In this document: in pieces, positions 49,764 through 57,862 of the stretch
Position numbering within the stretch: the first letter of the stretch is position 1
How the letters are laid out: each line of letters opens with the position of its first letter
Assembly: GCA_026645815.1 (NCBI GenBank)
Contig: JAPKMR010000007.1
Coordinates: 25,317-89,316 of the forward strand
Direction: 5' to 3'
DNA length: 64,000 nt
Origin: Anaerolineae bacterium
Lineage (GTDB): Bacteria; Chloroflexota; Anaerolineae; B4-G1; SLSP01
The notes under the pieces: generated by a model
Seen by the model: only the letters and a program-made list of their open reading frames with translations
Database searches by the model: none
Told to the model about the DNA's origin: nothing
Made by a program: the position numbers and the translations under genes

Positions 49764-51986
49764 ATGTCTGGGAATATCGCCTGGTTGATACCCTTATTTC
49801 CATTGCTCGCCTTCGCTGTGATTTTGTTAGCAACGCAGCGATACGCGCGATTGAGCCTCTGGTTGGCAATTGGAGGCATCGCTGCCGCATTTTTGCTGGC
49901 GCAACTTGTTTTCTGGGCGGCGGTGCTTAACGCCCTGGAACTCTCCAATCTGGGAGCGTTATCCTGGCTTATCAACGGCGGCGATGTCACTGCTTTGGGG
50001 ATAATCCTCGATCCGCCAGCGTTGATCATGCTGTTTATGGTTCCGCTGGTTTGCCTGATGATCTTCATTTATAGCACAGGCTATATGCGCGGTGATCCGC
50101 ATTATGGGCGTTTCTTCGCGTATATCTCTCTTTTTGCTGCTGCCATGCTGGGACTGGTTCTTTTCGATAACCTGCTGGCTTTCTTTGTCTGCTGGGAATT
50201 GATGGGGCTGTGCTCCTATCTGCTGATTGGCTTTTGGTGCGAGCGCCCAACCGCCGCTGCGGCGGGGTTAAAAGCCTTCTTGGTGACCAAGGTGGGCGAT
50301 CTGTTCTTCTTCCTTGGGTTGATGGTGCTCTATGCAACTACCGGATCGCTGGCGTATCGCGATCTCTTTGCGCCTGAGACGCTGGCACAATTAGCTCAGT
50401 CTGGCTACCTGGGTTTGCCTGTGACGCCGGCGTTGGTGATTGCCCTGCTCCTATTCGGTGGCACGGTGGGCAAGAGCGCTCAGTTCCCGCTACATATCTG
50501 GCTTCCGGATGCCATGGCAGGCCCTACGCCAGTCTCTGCTCTGATTCATGCGGCAACCATGGTTTCTGCAGGCGTTTTCTTGCTGGTGCGAATGTTCCCT
50601 TTGCTGGCGGTAGCCGGATTGCCATTGCCAGCGATTGCGTACATCGGTGCTTTCACCGCACTTTTTGGAGCACTGGTGGCGCTAGGGCAAAACGATGTCA
50701 AGCGGGTGCTCGCCTTCTCTACGATGAGTCAGCTGGGGTATATGGTGGCGGCTTTAGGGCTAGGCGCTTACGCGGCAGCATTCTTCCACTTGTTTACACA
50801 TGCTTTTTTTAAGGCCTTGCTCTTCCTTGGCGCAGGGTCAGTGATTCATGGGATGGAGCATGGTCATCATCATAGCGGCGCTGAGGGCCAATTTGACCCT
50901 AACGATTTGCTCGCCATGGGGGGATTGCGTCATGCAATGCCGCGCACCTTTGCAACGTTTCTTATCGGGGGGCTTTCTCTGGCGGGTTTCCCCTTGTTCA
51001 CGGCGGGATTTTGGTCGAAGGATGAAATTCTGGCGCAGGCTTTCGGGCGGAACCCGGTCATCTTTTGGGTGCTGGCGACTGCTGCCTTGCTTACGGCTTT
51101 CTACACCGCCCGTCAGATTAGTCTGATGTTCTTAGGTTCGCCCCGCTCTGAATCTGCGACGCATGCACGGGAGAGTAACCGTGCTATGACTACGCCGTTG
51201 TGGATTCTGGCGGGATTTGCGATTGTGCTCGGATGGGCTGGGGTCCCGGAACATTTCCCCGTGCTGGGTGGCGTTATTCCTAACTGGTTTGACAACTTTG
51301 TTGGGGTTCCAACCTCACCGCTTTTTGAACTGCCGGAGTTGTCGTCCGCTCTTCACGCGTGGCAACCATTAGCCGCCGGAGCGGGCGCCTGTTTGCTTGG
51401 GTTGGCTTTGGGGTGGGTGGTCTATGGTTGGCGCCCGTTGGCGGCAGGTGCGCCTGATCGGATCGCGGTTGGGTTGGGACGTCTTCGTTTAGGTTGGTTC
51501 TATAAGGCACTGCAGGAGCGTCTCTACTTCGATTGGCTCTATCAACGGACCATCGTTTGGGGAACTTTGGCTTTGGCAGGACTTTCCGCACGTTTTGATG
51601 ATGGCGTCCCCGATGGCGCTGTGCGGGGTGTGGCAACCACAGTACGCGCTCTTGCGGCATTGGCTGCGGGTTTCGATGATAAGGTTGTAGACGCGTTTGT
51701 GAATTTTTGGGCGACTTTTGCCCGTTGGGTGGCGCGGAGTCTCAACTGGCTCGATTTGCACCTGGTGGACCCGGTGATCAACTTTGCCGGTTGGTTGGGA
51801 CAGTTAGGTCCTTGGGCAACCGGCTCTGTAGAACCGGAGGTGCCCGATGCCCCAGTCGGCCCCATCCCACGCCTATTGACGCGTGTGGGAAGCGCCTTGA
51901 GCGCTTTGCAGACAGGCGAGGTACAGGATTATCTGGGATTTGCTTTCTTCGCTGCTATTGCGTTGACTGTCGCCTTTCTGCTGTGA
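49764..51986 (+). CDS. nuoL: Complex I-like antiporter subunit L with a greatly extended lateral helix
   Basis: WELMG, GKSAQFPLHIWLPDAM, SALIHAATMV, HAFFKALLFL, FWSKD, QTG.VQ.Y. Confidence 0.95.
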   Translation: MSGNIAWLIPLFPLLAFAVILLATQRYARLSLWLAIGGIAAAFLLAQLVFWAAVLNALELSNLGALSWLINGGDVTALGIILDPPALIMLFMVPLVCLMIFIYSTGYMRGDPHYGRFFAYISLFAAAMLGLVLFDNLLAFFVCWELMGLCSYLLIGFWCERPTAAAAGLKAFLVTKVGDLFFFLGLMVLYATTGSLAYRDLFAPETLAQLAQSGYLGLPVTPALVIALLLFGGTVGKSAQFPLHIWLPDAMAGPTPVSALIHAATMVSAGVFLLVRMFPLLAVAGLPLPAIAYIGAFTALFGALVALGQNDVKRVLAFSTMSQLGYMVAALGLGAYAAAFFHLFTHAFFKALLFLGAGSVIHGMEHGHHHSGAEGQFDPNDLLAMGGLRHAMPRTFATFLIGGLSLAGFPLFTAGFWSKDEILAQAFGRNPVIFWVLATAALLTAFYTARQISLMFLGSPRSESATHARESNRAMTTPLWILAGFAIVLGWAGVPEHFPVLGGVIPNWFDNFVGVPTSPLFELPELSSALHAWQPLAAGAGACLLGLALGWVVYGWRPLAAGAPDRIAVGLGRLRLGWFYKALQERLYFDWLYQRTIVWGTLALAGLSARFDDGVPDGAVRGVATTVRALAALAAGFDDKVVDAFVNFWATFARWVARSLNWLDLHLVDPVINFAGWLGQLGPWATGSVEPEVPDAPVGPIPRLLTRVGSALSALQTGEVQDYLGFAFFAAIALTVAFLL

Positions 51987-52062
51987 GAGGGTGTTTTGAA
52001 GGGGCAGTTCTTTGCTTTGATTTTTTACACTTGCTGGTAAGTTCTTTGATAGAGGTCAGGCT

Positions 52063-53577
52063 ATGCAATTTCCAATTCTCAGCGCTATTTTGATCACGCC
52101 TTTGTTAGGGGCGTTGTTAATTCTGGTGATTCCTCGCGAGGATGCGCGAACGATCCGCCGTGTGGGCGTTGCCTTTGCGGTGATCAGTCTTGTGCTGGCA
52201 ACGGTGCTTTGGGTGCGTGTGGAACAGCTGGGGGCAGACGCGCTGCAGTTGATTGAGCATTACCCCTGGATTGCGTCTTTTGATATATGGTATCATGTCG
52301 GCGCTGATGGCCTTAGCGTGCCGTTAGTCTGGTTAACGGCGTTTCTGATGACACTAGCGCTGTTTTATTCTGCGCATGTGATTGAAGACCGGGTAAAAGA
52401 ATACTTTTTCCTCTTTCTGTTACTTGAGACCGGCTTAATCGGCGTTTTCCTGGCATTGGATTTGGTATTGTTCTATGTCTTCTGGGAAATTGGCCTGGTG
52501 CCGATGTTCCTGATTATTGGTATTTGGGGTGGTAAACGGCGCGATTATGCGGCGATCAAGTTCTTCCTGTATACACTTGCAGGTAGTGTATTTGCGCTGC
52601 TGGCAATCATCGCGATCTATTTCAATACGGGTACTTTCGATATCATCGAATTGGCGCGCTTAAAGCCTTTCGCCGATAACTGGTTATGGGCGAACCTCGC
52701 TTTCTGGGGGCTGTGGCTTGCCTTTGCCATCAAGATTCCCGTTTTCCCGCTGCACACCTGGTTGCCTGATGCGCATACTGAAGCGCCTACGGCGGGTAGT
52801 GTGATGTTGGCTGGGGTGTTGCTCAAGCTTGGCGCTTACGGTATGTTGCGGATTGGCCTGCCGCTGTTCCCCCAGTTGTTCCGCTACTATGTGCTCGACG
52901 TTCCGATCTTGCCTGTTCTGGCACTGTTCAGCATTGTCTATGGAGCGCTGGTTTGCCTGGCGCAATGGGATTTCAAGCGTTTGATCGCTTATTCTTCTGT
53001 AGCGCATATGGGTTATTTCACGCTGGGGTTGTGCGCGGCAGCGGTTGGCGGCGCCGGTACGCAGATGGCTGCGGTTTCGGCGCTCAACGGCGCTGCCTGG
53101 CAACTTTTCTCGCACGGGATTATCACCGGTGGCATGTTCTTCCTGGTTGGGATGTTGTATGACCGGGCACATACCCGCGATTTGCGGGCTTTCGGTGGAT
53201 TTTCGGGACAGATGCCGGTCTATTACGGTTTGACACTGGTATTTGCATTGGCTTCTTTGGGACTGCCGGGGCTTGCGGGCTTCTGGAGCGAGCTGCTTGT
53301 TTTCCGCGGTACCGCTCAGTTATTGCCTTTGGCAGCCTACATTGGCGTGTTGGGAATGGTTTTCACCGCGGCATATATTCTGTGGAAGGTGATCCAGCAT
53401 GTTTTCTTGGGCACGTTTGATGCCATTCGCTGGGGCACGCTTACCGACCTGAAGTGGTGGGAACAGGTTGCAGTGGTGCCGTTGTTGGTGCTGACTATTG
53501 GGTTGGGACTTTACCCTGCGCCATTATTGGCAACATTTGACTCGGCTGTGACGGCGCTGCTGCACGTTTTACCCTGA
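52063..53577 (+). CDS. nuoM: Complex I-like antiporter subunit M
   Basis: FYVFWE, KIPVFPLHTWLPDAHTEAP, LLKLGAYG, IAYSSVAHMG, LPGLAGFWSE. Confidence 0.95.
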   Translation: MQFPILSAILITPLLGALLILVIPREDARTIRRVGVAFAVISLVLATVLWVRVEQLGADALQLIEHYPWIASFDIWYHVGADGLSVPLVWLTAFLMTLALFYSAHVIEDRVKEYFFLFLLLETGLIGVFLALDLVLFYVFWEIGLVPMFLIIGIWGGKRRDYAAIKFFLYTLAGSVFALLAIIAIYFNTGTFDIIELARLKPFADNWLWANLAFWGLWLAFAIKIPVFPLHTWLPDAHTEAPTAGSVMLAGVLLKLGAYGMLRIGLPLFPQLFRYYVLDVPILPVLALFSIVYGALVCLAQWDFKRLIAYSSVAHMGYFTLGLCAAAVGGAGTQMAAVSALNGAAWQLFSHGIITGGMFFLVGMLYDRAHTRDLRAFGGFSGQMPVYYGLTLVFALASLGLPGLAGFWSELLVFRGTAQLLPLAAYIGVLGMVFTAAYILWKVIQHVFLGTFDAIRWGTLTDLKWWEQVAVVPLLVLTIGLGLYPAPLLATFDSAVTALLHVLP

Positions 53578-53587
53578 AGGGAGCCTC

Positions 53588-55081
53588 ATGCTGGACCCGA
53601 TTTCGGTCTTTCGCGCCTTTGCCCCTGAGCTGGTGTTGCTTCTCGCCACCTTGTTGGTGTTGTCGGGCGATCTGATCTTTCACCCGCGCGGTCGGCGCTA
53701 CTGCACCGCGTTTACCGTCGGCGGTTTATTTTTGGCTTTCCTGTTCGCTATTGTATTTCGCTTGCCTGATGACACGTCCTTTGTGCCTGCGGGTCTCACG
53801 ATTGATGCTTTCGCGCTCGCTGTCAAGCTGTTGGGTTTCTTCTGTATCGCCATGATCGCACTATTGGCTGAGGCGGGCGATTGCTGTAAGTCATCGTCAA
53901 CAGCACTGTATTGTGCTCTGCTCCTTGTTGCGGCTCTTGTGATTTCCATCCTTGGCGCCGCCTCCGATCTGGTGCTCATACTCCTGGCGCTTGATTTTCT
54001 TGGCGTGATTGCCTATATCATGACCGGCTACGACCGTGTGAGTCCCAGCGCTTCAGAAGCGGCGCTCAAGTATCTTCTTTACGGCAGCACGCTCTCCGCA
54101 CTGATGCTCTTTGGCTTTTCCTGGCTCTATGGTGTTTCGGCGACGACAGACCTCGTGGGCTTAGGCGCTTTCCTTGACCGGGGGGCGACATCATCGGCAC
54201 TTTTGCTTCGCGCCGCTGAATTGGACTATGTGGTTTTGCCTGCCTTGATCATGGTTGGCGCAGGTTTTGCCACGAAACTTGCGGCGGCGCCTTTCCATCA
54301 GTGGGCGCCGGATACTTATCAAGGTGCGCCTACATGTTCTACCGCCTTTATTGCTGTCGTGCCGAAGATCGGAGGGTTAATTGCCCTGGTGCGCTTTACC
54401 CTCGTGGCGATTCCTGCATCTTCCTCGGAGCATGGCGGTGATTGGCAGGCCTTGCTGGTGGCATTGGCCATAGTGACGATGATTGTGGGTAGTTTGGCTG
54501 CTCTGTTGCAGAAGGACATCAAACGGCTATTGGCTTATTCAGGGGTTGCCCAAGTCGGGTATCTGGTGATCGGTGTGGTCACACAGTCTCCCACAGGTCT
54601 GGCGGCATTGCTATTCTATCTGTTAGTCTATGCGTTGGCTACTGTTGGTATCTTTGCCGCGATTATTGCAGTAACGGGGAAATTGACACCCGTTTCGACT
54701 GAAATTTCGACGTTCTCAGGGTTGCATCGGCGCGCGCCGTGGGTCGCCTTTGGTGTATTGGTGGGATTGTTGGCGCTCATTGGTTTGCCTCTCACAGGTG
54801 GCTTCATTGGCAAATTTTGGTTGTTCATTGCTGCGCTTGAAAAGGGTTTCCCCTGGCTTACCGTAGTTGTGGTGCTCAGTAGCGTCATTTCGATTGCTTA
54901 TTATTGGAAGATCATTCGCGCTATGTATTTTCTGCCGGTGTATACCGATGAGGCATTGCACATGCCAACCTGGCTTTCGATGGCATTGGGCATATGTGCG
55001 ATCCTCGTGATTCTGTTGGGCTTGTTTCCAAATAGCGTGCTCGCGTTTTTCCGTCTGGCGGTTGCTGATTTTAGGTTCTAA
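53588..55081 (+). CDS. nuoN: Complex I-like antiporter subunit N
   Basis: SEAALKYLLYG, KLAAAPFHQWAPDTYQGAP, KRLLAYS, GFIGKF. Confidence 0.93.
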   Translation: MLDPISVFRAFAPELVLLLATLLVLSGDLIFHPRGRRYCTAFTVGGLFLAFLFAIVFRLPDDTSFVPAGLTIDAFALAVKLLGFFCIAMIALLAEAGDCCKSSSTALYCALLLVAALVISILGAASDLVLILLALDFLGVIAYIMTGYDRVSPSASEAALKYLLYGSTLSALMLFGFSWLYGVSATTDLVGLGAFLDRGATSSALLLRAAELDYVVLPALIMVGAGFATKLAAAPFHQWAPDTYQGAPTCSTAFIAVVPKIGGLIALVRFTLVAIPASSSEHGGDWQALLVALAIVTMIVGSLAALLQKDIKRLLAYSGVAQVGYLVIGVVTQSPTGLAALLFYLLVYALATVGIFAAIIAVTGKLTPVSTEISTFSGLHRRAPWVAFGVLVGLLALIGLPLTGGFIGKFWLFIAALEKGFPWLTVVVVLSSVISIAYYWKIIRAMYFLPVYTDEALHMPTWLSMALGICAILVILLGLFPNSVLAFFRLAVADFRF

Positions 55082-55104
55082 ACTCCAATTGGGGAGAGCG
55101 ACAA

Positions 55105-56649
55105 ATGCGTTTCAGTGAATTGCTGCCTCTGATTCCGGGTGTGTTGGGCCGTACGGATGTAGATACCGATGTTATCAGTGTTACGGCGGATTCCCGGCGC
55201 GTCGTTGCCGGCAGTATTTTTGTTGCCATTCCAGGCCTCACCCGTGACGGGCACGACTTTATTCCACAAGCTTTGGCGTCCGGCGCAGCTGCCATCGTGG
55301 GTGAGCGCCAGCCTGTTGATCTGTCTTTGCCGCCTGAGACACCCTATGGGTTGGTCGCGAATGCCGCCCAGGCTTTTGGTTGGCTGAAATCTGGGTTGCT
55401 TGGATTCCCCTCCCGAAAGATGACATTGATCGGTGTCACCGGCACAGATGGAAAAACAACGACCACCAATTTAATCCACATGATCCTCCTTGCCGCCGGT
55501 CATAATGCCGGGATGATCAGCACGGTAAACGCGCAGATTGGCGCGCGCACTCTGGATACGGGTCTGCATACCACGACCCCGCCGGCTGACGAGATTCAGG
55601 AATACCTTGCGGAGATGGTGGCGGGCGACAGCTCTCACGCCGTCGTTGAAGCAACCTCGCATGGGCTGGCGCAGCACCGGTTGGCAGGTTGTGATTTCGA
55701 TGTGGCTGTGGTGACCAACATCACTCACGAGCACCTGGATTACCATGGCACCTGGGAAGCTTATCGCGAAGCGAAGGCAGGTCTGTTCCGCGGGCTATAT
55801 TCTTCCTATCGCAAACCTGATGCGCCCAAAATCTCGGTGCTCAATGCCGATGATCATGGCTCCTATGATTATCTCCGCCATATTCCGGCAGATTGGCAGG
55901 TGGTCTATGGGCTTGATGTTGAAGAAGCCGATGTGACTGCGGTGGATATCTGTCATACGCCTGCAGGGTTGCAGTTTATGGTGTTAAGCCCATGGGGGCA
56001 GGTTGAGATCAATTCGAATCTGGTTGGCGCCTTTAATATCAGCAATATCCTTGCTGCGGTAACTACAGGACTGGCTCTGGAGGTTGCTCCTGAACGGGTA
56101 GCGGCGGGAATCGCCGCTTTCAAGGGTGTCCCCGGTCGCATGGAGCGTATTGATGCGGGGCAGGATTTCACGGCGATTGTGGACTTCGCGCATACGCCGA
56201 ATGCGCTTCGGCGTGCTCTGGAGGCGGCGAGAGGGTTGGTGCCGGAGCAGGGGCGCGTGATAGTGGCTTTTGGCTGTGCGGGATTGCGTGATCGTGAAAA
56301 ACGGCGCTTGATGGGCGAGGTCGCCGCCGCGGGAGCAGATATCACAGTTATTACAGCTGAGGACCCTCGTACGGAGTCGTTGGACGCGATTGTGGCGGAG
56401 ACCGCACATGCTCTGGAACTCGGCGGCAAGGTTGAGGGACGAGATTTCTTCCGTGTTTCAGATCGGGGTAAGGCTTTGCTGCATGCGGTATCTTTGGCGC
56501 GCCCCGGTGACCTTGTGATGGCTTGTGGCAAGGGTCATGAACAGAGTATGTGCTTTGGAGAGGTCGAGTATCCGTGGGATGATCGTGAGGCGATACGTAA
56601 GGCTTTACAGGGTGATTTTCTGGCGACATTGCCCACCGCGGGGATTTGA
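55105..56649 (+). CDS. murE: UDP-MurNAc-tripeptide synthetase
   Basis: DSRRV, GVTGTDGKTTT, TTP, EATSHGL, TNITHEHLDYH, VDFAHTP, GKGHE. Confidence 0.93.
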   Translation: MRFSELLPLIPGVLGRTDVDTDVISVTADSRRVVAGSIFVAIPGLTRDGHDFIPQALASGAAAIVGERQPVDLSLPPETPYGLVANAAQAFGWLKSGLLGFPSRKMTLIGVTGTDGKTTTTNLIHMILLAAGHNAGMISTVNAQIGARTLDTGLHTTTPPADEIQEYLAEMVAGDSSHAVVEATSHGLAQHRLAGCDFDVAVVTNITHEHLDYHGTWEAYREAKAGLFRGLYSSYRKPDAPKISVLNADDHGSYDYLRHIPADWQVVYGLDVEEADVTAVDICHTPAGLQFMVLSPWGQVEINSNLVGAFNISNILAAVTTGLALEVAPERVAAGIAAFKGVPGRMERIDAGQDFTAIVDFAHTPNALRRALEAARGLVPEQGRVIVAFGCAGLRDREKRRLMGEVAAAGADITVITAEDPRTESLDAIVAETAHALELGGKVEGRDFFRVSDRGKALLHAVSLARPGDLVMACGKGHEQSMCFGEVEYPWDDREAIRKALQGDFLATLPTAGI

Positions 56650-56710
56650 GGGCGGTTTTGTCAGAGTTTAGCAGCGTCATGTGCGGGGTTCAAGCCCTGA
56701 GAGGGTGTTT

Positions 56711-57805
56711 ATGCGACTAGCCCTGGTTCATGATTGGCTCAACCAGCTAGGCGGGGCAGAACGGGTTCTGGAAGATTTACACCAGTTTTTCCCCACTGCA
56801 CCAATCCACACCAGTATTTACTGGCGCGAGAAGCTCCCCCAATCCTACCGCGAGTGGGATATCCATACAACATGGATGGACCGTTTGCCGGGAGTACACC
56901 GGCACCATCAATGGTACTTCCCGTTTTATGCCTTGGCTTTTGCCCGCATGAACCTGGCGTCTGCTGGCTATGATGCGATTCTGAGTAACAAGAGCGGCTT
57001 TTGTCATGGTATTCAGGCGGGTGAGATACCCCATCTCTGTTATTGTCTAGCGCCAACTCGCTATGTTTGGGAGTATGAGTCCTATGCGGCGCGCGAGAAT
57101 CTGCCGCCGGTTTTGCGTGTGGCGCTCAAGCCAATAATAAGCGCGTTGCGGCGTTGGGATCATGCAGCAGCACAGCGACCTCACACTCACTTTATCGCCA
57201 TCTCTACTGAAATTCAAGAACGTATTCGCCGTTATTACCAGCGTGAATCCGAGATCATTTACCCTCCCGTGGATGTGAAGCGCTACTCTGTGTTCGGGAA
57301 TCCCGGGGATTATTATCTCATTGTCTCGCGTTTAATTCCCTACAAGCGTATTGACCTGGCGGTGCGCGCCTTCACAGCTTTGGGGTTGCCATTACGAATT
57401 GCTGGCAGTGGACGGGATCGCGCCGCGCTGGAGGCCATTGCAGGCCCAAACGTGGAGTTTCTCGGTTATGTGCCCGATGCGGATTTGCGTCTGTTGCTGG
57501 GGCAGTGTAAAGCCTTTGTCTTCCCCGGCAGGGAGGATTTTGGAATTGCTCCGTTAGAGGCGCAGGCAGCTGGGCGTCCGGTTATCGCTTTTGGTGCAGC
57601 TGGTGCGCTTGATACGGTTATCGAAGGGGAGACGGGCGTCTTCTTCCGGGAGCAGACGGTGGAAGCTTTAATTGCAGCTGTTGAGACATTCGATGCGTGG
57701 GCTGTAGATCCGTGGGCTTGTCGCGCCAACGCTGAACGTTTCTCTGTGGAGCGCTTTCAGCAAGAGATCACTGCGGCGTTGCACTCCCTCTGCGTCAAAT
57801 CGTAG
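56711..57805 (+). CDS. GT4 glycosyltransferase (WbaZ/mannosyltransferase-like)
   Basis: ALVHDWL..LGGAERVL, SRLIPYKRIDL, EDFGIAPLEAQAAG. Confidence 0.9.
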   Translation: MRLALVHDWLNQLGGAERVLEDLHQFFPTAPIHTSIYWREKLPQSYREWDIHTTWMDRLPGVHRHHQWYFPFYALAFARMNLASAGYDAILSNKSGFCHGIQAGEIPHLCYCLAPTRYVWEYESYAARENLPPVLRVALKPIISALRRWDHAAAQRPHTHFIAISTEIQERIRRYYQRESEIIYPPVDVKRYSVFGNPGDYYLIVSRLIPYKRIDLAVRAFTALGLPLRIAGSGRDRAALEAIAGPNVEFLGYVPDADLRLLLGQCKAFVFPGREDFGIAPLEAQAAGRPVIAFGAAGALDTVIEGETGVFFREQTVEALIAAVETFDAWAVDPWACRANAERFSVERFQQEITAALHSLCVKS

Positions 57806-57862
57806 ATTGGCGGAAATCCCAGGCGCTAAAGAACGAGTTTTCCTGGGGGTGTGCGTCGGTTT

